Assembly (NCBI GenBank): GCA_964016885.1 | Contig: OZ024743.1 | Span: 108,190,001-108,254,000 of the forward strand | Origin: Eledone cirrhosa | Taxonomy: Eukaryota | Direction of reading: 5' to 3' | Length of the DNA: 64,000 bases | Translations under genes and position numbers: made by a program | The notes under the pieces: model-generated | Told to the model about the DNA's origin: nothing | The model's database searches: none | What the model saw: only the letters and a program-made list of their open reading frames with translations | In this document: positions 29,653 through 42,458 of the stretch, piece after piece | Layout: every line of letters starts with the position of its first letter | Numbering within the stretch: the stretch's first letter is position 1

Positions 29653-29780
29653 TTTATGGTCTGAGTTCAAATCCCGCCGAGGTTAACTTTGCCTTTCATC
29701 CTTACGGGGTCGGTAAAATAATGTACCAGTAACGCACTGGGATAATTGCTGGCCTTGTACTAAAAATAGAAATAATTATT
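29653..29780 (+). mobile_element. SINE family 1, 5'-truncated
   Basis: 16-bp TSD ATTATTTTAGTCTCTC at 29637-29652 and 29775-29790. Confidence 0.9.
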
Positions 29781-29819
29781 TTAGTCTCTCCCTCTCTGTA
29801 TATATATATATATATAATG

Positions 29820-29879
<60 letters not shown>

Positions 29880-29888
29880 TACACATAT

Positions 29889-29945
<57 letters not shown>

Positions 29946-29948
<3 letters not shown>

Positions 29949-30121
29949 CGAAGGAAATGTGGTAAGGAACCAGGTTGACCATAACGCACCAATTACTCAA
30001 TACTTGGGGTAGTAGAGTGGGTAATAGGTACGAGTAGGACCCTGACGGCTAAGCTCAAGCCGTTTCAGAATTAGCAGTCGAAACGGCTTGAGCTCAGCCG
30101 TCGGAGTCCTACTCGTTCCTA
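29946..30121 (-). mobile_element. HHR family B element, truncated with inversion
   Basis: Family terminus AACGAAGGAAATGTGGTAAGG next to (TA)n; internal inverted repeat 30025-30121 containing two HHR 3' halves (GAAACGGC...GCCGTC). Confidence 0.8.
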
Positions 30122-30159
30122 TATATATATATACATGTGTATATGTATATATATATATT

Positions 30160-30249
<90 letters not shown>

Positions 30250-30276
30250 TATATATCTATCATATATACACATGTA

Positions 30277-30342
<66 letters not shown>

Positions 30343-30343
<1 letters not shown>

Positions 30344-31078
30344 TAAAGAACACAAGAGCCTCTACAACATCAAAAGATTTTTATTGGCTTACAATGTTTC
30401 TTCCTTACGTAACCGTAGGATTCGTCAGAGCTATAAAAGGGGTTTGATTGGTGTTATGGACTCTACCAACTAAACATTCAAGAACAAAGAGTAAAGAGAG
30501 TAAAGAGCAAAAGTAGAGGACGATAAGTCTAATTTTGGTGCGCGAGGGTGGGGTGTGGGTCCTTGTTTACTAGCTGCGGTCATATACATTCCCGGGAGTC
30601 GAGTGCTTAGCTGAACCATAGATGGGGTGGCGTCGATAGTATGGTGCAGAGGGTGTGCAGAGGCTACACAAACACAAAGGGCATACAATATATATATATA
30701 TATAACGGAGGTGAAAGTTATATATATATATATTGTATGCCCTTTGTGTTTGTGTAGCCTCTGCACACCCCCTGCACCCTACTATCGACGCCACCCAATC
30801 TATGGCTCAACTAATCACTCGACTCCCGGGAATGAATATGTCCGCAGTTAGTAAACAACGACCCACACCCCACCCTCCCGCACTAAAATTAGACTTATCG
30901 TCCCCTACTTTTGCTCTTTACTCTCTTTACTCTTTGTTCTTGAATGTTTGGTTGGTAGAGTCCATAACACCAATCAAACCCCTTTTATAGCTCTGACGAA
31001 TCCTACGGTTACGTAAGGAAGAAACATTGTAAGCCAATAAAAATGTTTTGATGTTGTAGACGTTCTTGTGTTCTTTAT
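30343..31078. mobile_element. ~735-bp foldback palindrome with an HHR motif in each arm
   Basis: Arms 30343-30706 and 30717-31078 are reverse complements (~17 mismatches counted by eye) around a 10-nt loop GGAGGTGAAA. Confidence 0.9.
30983..31042 (+). ncRNA. Minimal type I hammerhead motif (mirror copy on - strand at ~30379-30438)
   Basis: UUUUAU-A-GCU CUGACGA A-UCCUACG GUUA CGU(A)AGGA-A GAAA CAUUG UA AGC-CA-AUAAAA; core intact, 10.1/11.1 is A.A. Confidence 0.65.
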
Positions 31079-31177
31079 CATATATACGGCTCTGCTCCAA
31101 AGCATAGAGCTAATTATTATGCTGCCAATACCTTAATGGGACACGGGTATACAATACCTAACTCCTATTAACCTAAG

Positions 31178-31210
<33 letters not shown>

Positions 31211-31628
31211 GTGTGAGTGTGTGTGTAAGTGTGTGTGTTGGTGTGTGTGTGTATGGAATAAATATCTGTACGTAGGTGTTCCCGTGAATCTGTCGATATA
31301 TGTAATTCGCCGCACGTATGTTAGTGTCTGACTATATAAAAGATCTGAGGAAGCTTAAGCGATTCTTTCTTGACTTAAGTGGAATCATATGATGTTGGTT
31401 CAGTGTGTTTAAAACAGGGTTCAGTGTTTTACTATTTTTACGGTGAATGCAACGAAGAGCGATGGTTATGTCGTCACAGGTTTTCGATACAGACGGTTAA
31501 ATTTGTCGCTTCAATTATTTCGGTAAATCTACTTCGAGAGTCACCTTCACACACGCACGCACACACATGCAATTATATATAAATATATAAATATGAATAT
31601 AAATAAATATATATATATATATATAAAT

Positions 31629-32079
31629 ATAAGTATGTACACGTACATACATATATGTATACAGATGTACAGTAGTATGTATATATATATACATACATGC
31701 ACACATATATACATGTACGTATGGATTCACCGAACATTTATTATAATGCTCGGTGTCTTTGTAAACAAACATCCCGTATTAAGCCGCAGTGTCTAGCAAT
31801 CATCGTTGCTCGTTTGTTCAACACTGACAAAGGAACGCTGTACTAGTTTCAAGCTTATTAGCTATCGTCAGCAACGTATACCTTCCTGCCAGGTTGTTAA
31901 ACGTATATACTTACCTTATGCATATTAACGGCTGAGTAGCCCAATTTGCATGTCGAGTGGGTTCATCGGCTGGGTGCACCGAAAACGTCTGTATATATAT
32001 ATGTATGTACGTGTACATACTTATATTTAAGTAACAGCCGTACTAAGAGTGGGAAATGACATTTCGTTTCATTTTTTCC

Positions 32080-32084
<5 letters not shown>
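31629..32084 (-). mobile_element. Diverged near-complete monomer of the 466-bp retrozyme family, with inversion
   Basis: 31629-31987 aligns in reverse to the array unit; 31985-32084 is the + strand unit end followed by (TA)n. Confidence 0.9.
31835..31877 (-). ncRNA. Minimal type I hammerhead ribozyme
   Basis: ACGUUG CUGACGA U-AGCU AAUA AGCU-U GAAA CUAG UA CAGCGU. Confidence 0.85.
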
Positions 32085-32150
<66 letters not shown>

Positions 32151-32487
32151 TATAGATACATACACACACACATATATATATATTTATATATATATATATA
32201 TTTCACCGAATTTATTTTCATGGAAATTTGGGACTTGACTCCTTCTTCCTCACTTTTCGTTGCTTCACCATCTTTGTTTGTTTACACTCTCGTGTCCCCT
32301 TTATTTACGTGTCCCAACGACTTTATTTAGCCGTTGCTCGCACCAACCGGAGGTATATGGTCTTTAAAGCGATGACATACCAATGATGGTTGGAAGGTGG
32401 TTGATGAAGGACTAACTTTATTTATATATATATATATGTATTATCGAGAATCGCATTCCGGCCGACGAATTAACGAAAAACAACCTC

Positions 32488-32605
<118 letters not shown>

Positions 32606-32626
32606 CAACTATCTGGCAGATGGGTA

Positions 32627-32671
32627 AACGGTGCTGATGATAGCTAACAAGCTTGAAACTAGTACATCGTT
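32627..32671 (+). ncRNA. Minimal type I hammerhead ribozyme, unit 1
   Basis: AACGGUG CUGAUGA U-AGCU AACA AGCU-U GAAA CUAG UA CAUCGUU; predicted cleavage after 32664 (GUA). Confidence 0.9.
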
Positions 32672-33092
32672 CCTGTGTCAGTGTTGAACAAAAAGGTGAC
32701 GTGGTTGCCTTAACACCGTATGGCATAAATTCAGGCTGTTCAGTTTGTTTACAAACGAACAAAGCGACGTTAGCGCCGCTAAACTGATACGTGCATATAT
32801 GTATGTGTACCTGTATGCATATGTATGTATATATGTATATATATATATATATGTGCATGCTACTGTACGTCTGTATACATATATGTATGTACGTATACAT
32901 GCATACTTACATTTAAGTAAGTGCCATACTAAGAGTGAGAAATGAAATTTCGTTTTCATTTTGTTTCAATTTATCGTTTTCGGTATGCCTGACCGATTTA
33001 ACTCACTCAATATGCAAATTAGGCTGCTCAGCCGTTAATTTTCATAAGGAAAGTATATACTTTCGAACGTTCAACTATCTGGCAGATGGGTA

Positions 33093-33137
33093 AACGGTGC
33101 TGATGATAGCTAACAAGCTTGAAACTAGTACATCGTT
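33093..33137 (+). ncRNA. Minimal type I hammerhead ribozyme, unit 2
   Basis: Identical to unit 1; cleavage after 33130. Confidence 0.9.
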
Positions 33138-33558
33138 CCTGTGTCAGTGTTGAACAAAAAGGTGACGTGGTTGCCTTAACACCGTATGGCATAAATTCAG
33201 GCTGTTCAGTTTGTTTACAAACGAACAAAGCGACGTTAGCGCCGCTAAACTGATACGTGCATATATGTATGTGTACCTGTATGCATATGTATGTATATAT
33301 GTATATATATATATATATGTGCATGCTACTGTACGTCTGTATACATATATGTATGTACGTATACATGCATACTTACATTTAAGTAAGTGCCATACTAAGA
33401 GTGAGAAATGAAATTTCGTTTTCATTTTGTTTCAATTTATCGTTTTCGGTATGCCTGACCGATTTAACTCACTCAATATGCAAATTAGGCTGCTCAGCCG
33501 TTAATTTTCATAAGGAAAGTATATACTTTCGAACGTTCAACTATCTGGCAGATGGGTA

Positions 33559-33603
33559 AACGGTGCTGATGATAGCTAACAAGCTTGAAACTAGTACATC
33601 GTT
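33559..33603 (+). ncRNA. Minimal type I hammerhead ribozyme, unit 3
   Basis: Identical to unit 1; cleavage after 33596. Confidence 0.9.
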
Positions 33604-34024
33604 CCTGTGTCAGTGTTGAACAAAAAGGTGACGTGGTTGCCTTAACACCGTATGGCATAAATTCAGGCTGTTCAGTTTGTTTACAAACGAACAAAGCGAC
33701 GTTAGCGCCGCTAAACTGATACGTGCATATATGTATGTGTACCTGTATGCATATGTATGTATATATGTATATATATATATATATGTGCATGCTACTGTAC
33801 GTCTGTATACATATATGTATGTACGTATACATGCATACTTACATTTAAGTAAGTGCCATACTAAGAGTGAGAAATGAAATTTCGTTTTCATTTTGTTTCA
33901 ATTTATCGTTTTCGGTATGCCTGACCGATTTAACTCACTCAATATGCAAATTAGGCTGCTCAGCCGTTAATTTTCATAAGGAAAGTATATACTTTCGAAC
34001 GTTCAACTATCTGGCAGATGGGTA

Positions 34025-34069
34025 AACGGTGCTGATGATAGCTAACAAGCTTGAAACTAGTACATCGTT
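34025..34069 (+). ncRNA. Minimal type I hammerhead ribozyme, unit 4
   Basis: Identical to unit 1; cleavage after 34062. Confidence 0.9.
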
Positions 34070-34490
34070 CCTGTGTCAGTGTTGAACAAAAAGGTGACGT
34101 GGTTGCCTTAACACCGTATGGCATAAATTCAGGCTGTTCAGTTTGTTTACAAACGAACAAAGCGACGTTAGCGCCGCTAAACTGATACGTGCATATATGT
34201 ATGTGTACCTGTATGCATATGTATGTATATATGTATATATATATATATATGTGCATGCTACTGTACGTCTGTATACATATATGTATGTACGTATACATGC
34301 ATACTTACATTTAAGTAAGTGCCATACTAAGAGTGAGAAATGAAATTTCGTTTTCATTTTGTTTCAATTTATCGTTTTCGGTATGCCTGACCGATTTAAC
34401 TCACTCAATATGCAAATTAGGCTGCTCAGCCGTTAATTTTCATAAGGAAAGTATATACTTTCGAACGTTCAACTATCTGGCAGATGGGTA

Positions 34491-34535
34491 AACGGTGCTG
34501 ATGATAGCTAACAAGCTTGAAACTAGTACATCGTT
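34491..34535 (+). ncRNA. Minimal type I hammerhead ribozyme, unit 5
   Basis: Identical to unit 1; cleavage after 34528. Confidence 0.9.
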
Positions 34536-34832
34536 CCTGTGTCAGTGTTGAACAAAAAGGTGACGTGGTTGCCTTAACACCGTATGGCATAAATTCAGGC
34601 TGTTCAGTTTGTTTACAAACGAACAAAGCGACGTTAGCGCCGCTAAACTGATACGTGCATATATGTATGTGTACCTGTATGCATATGTATGTATATATGT
34701 ATATATATATATATATGTGCATGCTACTGTACGTCTGTATACATATATGTATGTACGTATACATGCATACTTACATTTAAGTAAGTGCCATACTAAGAGT
34801 GAGAAATGAAATTTCGTTTTCATTTTGTTTCA

Positions 34833-34962
<130 letters not shown>

Positions 34963-34965
34963 TAT

Positions 34966-35033
<68 letters not shown>

Positions 35034-35122
35034 GCGTCTTTATGCGCGTGCGTCTGTGCACCACAAGATCAAATACGCAAGCAAAGAGAGAGTTGTGTCT
35101 CATACATTATTATTATATAAGA

Positions 35123-35294
35123 GGGCCGTGGTTTGGCAGTATCGGTAAAGGGTCGGACGCCATTCTTAGCAGCATAGAGTTACGGCCCTTTATGATCTAA
35201 GTTCAAATCCCGCCGAGGTTAGCTTTGCTTTTCATCCTTACGGTGTCGATAAAATAAAATACTAGTAATGTACTGGGGTAATTGATGGCCTTGT
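35123..35294 (+). mobile_element. SINE family 1, 3' tail missing
   Basis: TTGGCAGTATCGGTAAAGGGTCGGACGCC...GTTCAAATCCCGCCGAGG...GGCCTTGT. Confidence 0.85.
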
Positions 35295-35921
35295 CATATT
35301 ATTTTAAGCCATCTCAACTACGACGGGTTTATATATATATATATATAGTATATATGTATACACATTTAAATAGCTTAACTTCACCCCATTTTTTCAAACA
35401 CCAATTATATCATTATCCAATTATTTTCCATAATATTCCCCCTCAACCATCCCAAATTCATTATATTATTCAAACTTATTCACTACATGCTAATTATAGA
35501 GTAAATTGCCTGTTCGATAATCGACAGAAGATCGTGAGTATGAAACTCGGAACAAGATTTCGTTATATATGCACATTTATACATATAACTATTCACGAAT
35601 ATACGCACCCATATTTCCCCTCGTCATCTAATTTCATTTAGGTTTCCTTTCGTTTGTTTGGTTACTTTATCGTTCATGTCTGGCAATTCGGATTTCCGTC
35701 AAGTTCCTCTTCCTTTATAACACTGCAGGATAGTGTTCAGCTACCTTGTTAAAGGTTGTGACACCGAATGGACGATTGAGTTTGTCGTATTCACATTATA
35801 TAACATTTCGTTCCTTATTCCTCTTATCCTGTACGTATGCCTGATTTGAATTGTAGCTTTTACCAATTTAGCAATATAGGAATATAGCAATATATTTATG
35901 TATATATTTTTGCACTCTATT

Positions 35922-36091
<170 letters not shown>

Positions 36092-36455
36092 CGTGTATGT
36101 ATAATGCGTGTGTGCGCGCGCGCGTGTGTGTATGTATAATGCGTGTGTGCGTGTCTGTATGTCTGGGTGTGTTTGTGTGTGTAGGTAGGTTGGTAGGTAG
36201 ACACACAAAAGTATGTCTCTGTGTTCATCGATGTAAACCGGTGTTGTTTTTTTTTACACCAAGAATGGTTACTCACCATTTTAATCAATAAAGATCCATA
36301 AAATAACTTCCAGACATTGAAATAACTACTGGGTTTCGATATTATCGACAAAAACACATCAAAGGTCGCGCTACAGTGTGGCTGCAATGAAATGACTCAA
36401 ACCAGTAGAATATTGTAAGAACATATGTATATATATATATATATACATACACAAA

Positions 36456-36498
<43 letters not shown>

Positions 36499-36516
36499 AT
36501 ATATATATATAATATA

Positions 36517-36600
<84 letters not shown>

Positions 36601-37240
36601 TATATTATATTGCCTTTGTATTTTGTCAAGTGGCAATATTACTGATGCAGAATGTATGAGTCCTGTTGTGGGGATCATGTAGTTGGCGGGTGATATGTAT
36701 TTATCCAACGGAAAGGTGCGGCTTCTATACACTGAATTGATTGCATCATATTGCTATTGACACGGACAGAAGGAGTGGGTAGGTTCGTAAGAAGTCATGA
36801 CTTCATATAACATTTCACCACTTCAAAGGATCTCTTTTCTCCGCACTTCAAACAGTCAACACCTGAACATAAAAAAAATACGTTACGCATACAATGCTGC
36901 ATACATACACATACATCCATATGTGTTCTTATATACATAAACACGCATGCATAGATAGGCACTCGCGCGCACGTGCAATCTTGATGTCTCTATATCATCT
37001 CTAGGTCGATATTTTCTGTGACTTTCACGAGGGTAAAAAACCGTCAAACATCAATACAGATAAATATAGAAGAACAAAAAGCTTCGTTTTTCATTTGAAA
37101 GATCATTGGTCATTGATCCTATTGATTTCATAGGAAGTGAATGTAGGTGTGTGTGTGTGAACACACCCCTATGTATATGTACAGTAAACCCATATGCTTT
37201 AGCAAGAGGACGTGTTAACGTAAGAAGACAATTAAAGCAA

Positions 37241-37332
37241 ATATATAGTGACGTCTAAACCTGAGTGGCATGTGCCGTTTTTCTTTATTTCCTTTTCACT
37301 TAAATCATATGCAATGTTAGTGTATATATTTA

Positions 37333-37382
<50 letters not shown>

Positions 37383-37474
37383 TAAATATATACACTAACA
37401 TTGCATATGATTTAAGTGAAAAGGAAATAAAGAAAAACGGCACATGCCACTCAGGTTTAGACGTCACTATATAT
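37241..37474. repeat. Perfect ~234-bp palindrome centred on (TA)n
   Basis: ATATATAGTGACGTCTAAACCTGAG...TATGCA(TA)nTGCATA...CTCAGGTTTAGACGTCACTATATAT; no mismatch seen. Confidence 0.9.
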
Positions 37475-37655
37475 ATACATTTATATATATATATATCAAC
37501 TAGAATTGATTGAAATATATATATATATATTTAAAATAAAGATATGAAACAATCACAGGGGAGAATTTGTAAAGTGTGTAATCACACACCGCTAGGTAGG
37601 TAACTAATTAACGTTTAACTAGATCTTCAAATATTACCATTTAAAAAATGATTAA

Positions 37656-37746
37656 TCCTCCTTGTATATATTTCATTAAATAAATATATTTCACTAAAAA
37701 TCCGTAAAGTCACAGTAGTTAAATCTTAGATCATCAGCAAGGAGGA
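37656..37746 (-). ncRNA. Type I hammerhead ribozyme, solitary
   Basis: UCCUCCUUG CUGAUGA U-CUAAGA...UUUUAG-U GAAA UAUAUUU AUUUAAUG AAAUAUA UA CAAGGAGGA; 9-bp perfect stem I, 7-bp AU stem III, AUA triplet. Confidence 0.8.
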
Positions 37747-38083
37747 AGAAATAACTGTCTGTGTTTACGCATCAAATGCAAACCTGAGATAGTTGATATA
37801 AAATGTTGATATGGCGCATGTCCCGGACATGACTCCTTTAATTTAATTTAATTAAATCTATTTCGGATATATAAACGGCTCCTTATCTGTAGAACTAAAT
37901 CGGTTAAAAGGACTTGTCTGCTATTTATAGCTGTCGACCATCGTATTCACGCCAATGGGAGGACGCTAGCATGTTGTTAGTATTGTAGAATTGTAGCACG
38001 TGTGACGGGTCACTCGCAGGTTTGCATTTATATGTATATTTAGTATGTTTTTATAATCTATTGTCTAATATGTATTGATTATT

Positions 38084-38122
38084 CTAATTTCTCGATGTTT
38101 CTTTTTCATTTTTTAGGTAAGT
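38084..38122 (+). promoter_or_regulatory. Candidate recursive splice site (3' splice site fused to consensus 5' splice site)
   Basis: CTAAT branch motif 38084-38088, polypyrimidine TTTCTTTTTCATTTTTT, AG at 38115-38116 immediately followed by GTAAGT; no AG from 38044 to 38114. Confidence 0.55.
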
Positions 38123-38538
38123 ACTATGAACAGATTTCTACCACTTATTGCAAACATGCAGCTTGAGGTATGGTCGCTTTCATCATCACCCTTGCTGTTC
38201 TGTGGGTGTGTGAGTATCAAAGTGTATATGTATATTTTCTTGTACGGACAAAAAATAAGTGAAGTAAACACACTTTAATTGTTGATTCCTTCTATTATTG
38301 AAAAGAAAGTCATTCAACTCTTTCTCGCTTTGTTTCCATTTTCACATTTTTCTCGCAAGAACCTCTGCTCATATTCCGGCTCCAGGAATGTTTACACAAT
38401 TTTCTCAAATATTATTTATAATTCTGGATTATTGGTATATTATTTTACATTGGGATGCACACATTTAATGTGCGTATACACACACACATACCCACACACA
38501 CATACGCACATACACACACCCATATATATATATATAAG

Positions 38539-38868
38539 GGAGGCACATGGCTTAGTGGTTAGAGCGTTGGCCTTGCAATCGAAAAACCGGCTGATGTGTT
38601 GTTTCTTTGAGCAAGACACTTTATTTCACATTGCTCCAGTTTACTCAGCTCTAGAAATGAGATGATATGGATTGGGGCCACTATCATTCCACTGCAAAGT
38701 GGTCGTGTAGGTGCCACTGATAAAAAGCACCCAGCACTCACTCTAAATGAGCTTGGTGTTAGGAAGGGCATCCAGCTGTAGAAATCGAGCCAGAATCAGT
38801 TCCTGTCTCACCCTTGCTAGCAGGGAAAAGCGGAGAAAAAATGATGATGATGATGATGATGATGATGA
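38539..38868 (+). mobile_element. Composite SINE: family 2 head plus a tail ending in (ATG)n
   Basis: GGAGGCACATGGCTTAGTGGTTAGAGCG head, TTGAGCAAGACACTTTATTTCACATTGCTCCAG core, AGGAAGGGCATCCAGCTGTAGAAA, (TGA)n tail. Confidence 0.75.
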
Positions 38869-39854
38869 TATATATATATATATATATACTTCAAGTGTGT
38901 GCATCCCAATGTAAAATAATATACCAATAAACGAGAAGTATTAATAATAGTTAAGAAAATTGTGTAAATATCTCTGGATGTTTACACAATTTATTTATTG
39001 GCGAATATATATGTATACCTGCACACCTACATGCACACAAATCAGCACAGATACATAGATATGTATATATGCATATATATGCGTGTTCTCATGTTCGTGC
39101 TGCCTCTTGCCGACGTTATGTGCACAATATCTAAATGTGTGCTCATGTGTACTAGATGAGCATTATATAGTATATTGAATAATCAATACTGTGAGGGGTT
39201 GATACTCAAACTTTCGTTCATGGCTCTACTCGAAAGCTTCGCTCATTGACTACTATTGTCAAATGTATTGGTATTAGAAAAAGTCATTGTATGACGCAAG
39301 AATGACGGAGTTGATGTTAGTGCCTGATTGACTGGCAGGCGGAAGGGTTAAAGGTTGCTTGGTTGGAAGGTTGGATCGTTGATTGAGGATGGGGTTGATT
39401 GATGTTTTGTGTTGCTTGTATAGTTTGGTCTGGTTGGACGAAGTTGCAATAATGGTGGAGTGATTTGATTAAGACGAAGGTAAAACTAAGAGGTGGTGCA
39501 GGGGAAACAATGACAACAGCGAATAGAGAAGCATACAAAGTAGTTTTGATGAGGACGTTGTTGATTATAATAATAATGTTAATTATAAGAAAATTTATGA
39601 TAATAGTAATAATGAAACAACGGCAAAATCAAGTTGTGATGGTGATGGTGTGAACAATATTAATAGTTATAGTGATGTTTGTTTGATATCAAACAGAGAA
39701 AAATATTGAAATAAATTCTATGAATTACATAATATTATAAAGAATATAAAGGAACGTATGATCATAAACCCCAAAGAAATTTATTTTGTTCCACAAATAT
39801 TATTTCGTCCTCGTTTTATCCCGTAAATGAATCTGCTATTTTGAATATAGCAGT

Positions 39855-40235
39855 ACTTGTTCATGAAATTAACGTGTAAGTGTCTAAATATTCAACAGAC
39901 ACGTATCCTCTTAACGAAGTGCTCAAGGATATTCAACATAAAGCAATGTGAGGGAAATGATGGACCTGTCAATTACATGTGTGATCCATCTTGAATTATT
40001 AAATGACTGAGTATTCCACAGATATACAGTGTATACACTTAACGCAGTCCTCAAGGAGATTCAGCGAAAAACAGTGACAGAGCTCTCTCTTTGAATTACA
40101 GTAAAAAAAATGTTTTCCACAATGAAGCAACATGAAATACAATATGTTGCTGAAGGACACAACGCACAACTAGTAATCGAAATCATAACATAACGTTCGT
40201 TAGCTGAACTCTTTAGCCTTAAGCTACCCGGCGTC
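39855..40235 (-). mobile_element. SINE family 2 with internal duplication
   Basis: GAAATTAACGTGTAAGTG and TGAAGGACACAACGC are reverse complements of family 2 motifs; the TTAACG...CTCAAGGA.ATTCA block occurs twice. Confidence 0.6.
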
Positions 40236-40460
40236 ACAATCGCTCGTTATTCTAGAAAAAAACGACGTGCTAAATGTTCCCCGTAGCATACACATTGCCC
40301 TTTTTAGGAGAAATGTGATCATAGATATTCTAGATCAGAGTTACTTTTGTTATCTTCTACTCTTACTGCTCCTCCTCATCATCAGTGCCATTCCCATCAA
40401 CCTCATCCTTATAATCATAATCAGCAACACCATGATAATCATTATTATAATCGTCAGTAA

Positions 40461-40553
40461 TTCTTCTTCTTCTTCTTCTTCTTCTTCTTCTTCTTCTTCT
40501 TCTTCTTCTTCTTCTTCTTCTTCTTCTTCTTCTTCTTCTTCTTCTTCTTCTTC
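40461..40553. repeat. (TTC)n microsatellite
   Basis: Directly visible. Confidence 0.95.
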
Positions 40554-41930
40554 TATTATTAGTATTGCATAATGTTATTATAACAGATATGCAATGAATG
40601 ACTCATCAACACTACATTTATATCATGTTTGTTCATGTATGTGTTTTTGAATTGCGCCTCTTTTTTCTATTATTGGCATGTCCGTGTGTGAGTATGATTA
40701 TATAATTTATTGTATGTTTATGTGAATCTGTGTATGTATGTGTATACATGTGAAGCGATATGTTGCAGCAAAAGGTGTTATACATGATGAGCAAGTGGTA
40801 AGAAGGGTGATGGGTTTCATAAGCGGGCTAGATTGTCGTGACAATGACTGAAATGGTGGTGGTGGTGGTGGTGGTGGTGGTCACCGTCATGGGGATAATG
40901 GCGACTGTAACTGTATTTCTGGTTGTGTTAATGGTGGTGGCGGCGCTGGAGGTTGTTGTGACTTTGTGCTGATTAAGCAGTAAGGTGGTGTGGTTGTGGT
41001 GGTTGTTTTCGGCAGTGGGGTTAGTGGTATTGGTGGTGGTTTAGTGCTGATGCTGGCTGTGGTGGAGGTTGTGGTTGTAGTGGTTCTATTAGTGATGATG
41101 TGCAGATATTACACAAGAACAATTATTATAATGCAATTATTGATTCGAGATCGTCAACTTAATATTATGAACGTTGCTTAAAGATATTGAATGTTTCAAG
41201 TTTGAATTCCTAGTGACAGCTTTTCATTCGATGCCAAAGAACACGTCAACCACCATCACACAACCTCTATACCTCAATTATACACCACAACTAAACACCG
41301 CCACTCCACCAACACTATATAACAACACAGCCTCTAAAATTACACGCCACCACCACTGCTGCAGGATACTGCCACCAACAAAACCACCAACACCACCAGG
41401 TCAGCCGCTACCACTACTATGTACTACGGTCATACTACACCTACCCCACTATACACCACTCTCACTACATACCACCAAATCCACCACAACTGCATCGAAC
41501 CAACGCTGCACAGCCTCACCTCTACACAACCACCAATAAACACCATAACGCAACACACCACCACCACCACTACACACCGCAACCACTTCACACAACCACC
41601 ACCTCACCACTTCACCACCACAATACACCACCATTAAACAACATGGAGTATCGAGGTAAGGACCTATGGTCGAGGATGGGTGGGCGGAAGCAGACGAGAC
41701 ACTTGAAATGAAAATGCAATCATGCGCACGAAGCGGGAAATGTGTGCTTGCGTATGCGAAATATAATGTACATCTGTGATTATATACTATGTGTCTGTTC
41801 GTTTCTATGCGTGCGTGTGTATGTATGAATCTATCTAAGTATGTATGCATGATGTATGGATGTTCATAAAGCTTTCCTTTGTCTCACTGTCTCTTTCTCC
41901 CCCCCCTCTCTCTCTCTCTCTTTCTCTATC

Positions 41931-42120
<190 letters not shown>

Positions 42121-42419
42121 TATATGTGTGTGTGTGTGTGTATATACGTGTTTGTGTGTGCAAGCCGCTGTGTGCGTCGGGTGCGTGTCCGGGCAACTTG
42201 TGGGTATGGACGACTCTTCATTACTAGCAATTTTGATTATTGATAAATTCAATGGCATGCTCCAAACAAAAGTAATATTAATCGATATACACACACATGC
42301 ACACTAACACACACGCACACACACACACACACCCACCCACACACCCACACCCACACACACCCACACACACACACATACACACACACATATATATATATAT
42401 GTATGTATATATATACATA

Positions 42420-42458
<39 letters not shown>

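Noticed and set aside
32678-34823. Repeated 66/93/112-aa ORFs in the 466-bp array
   Set aside because: They run through the internal TA/TG microsatellite, are not preserved in the diverged copies, and show no recognisable domain.
38539-38600. tRNA-like sequence
   Set aside because: Only an A-box-like head of a SINE; no complete cloverleaf.
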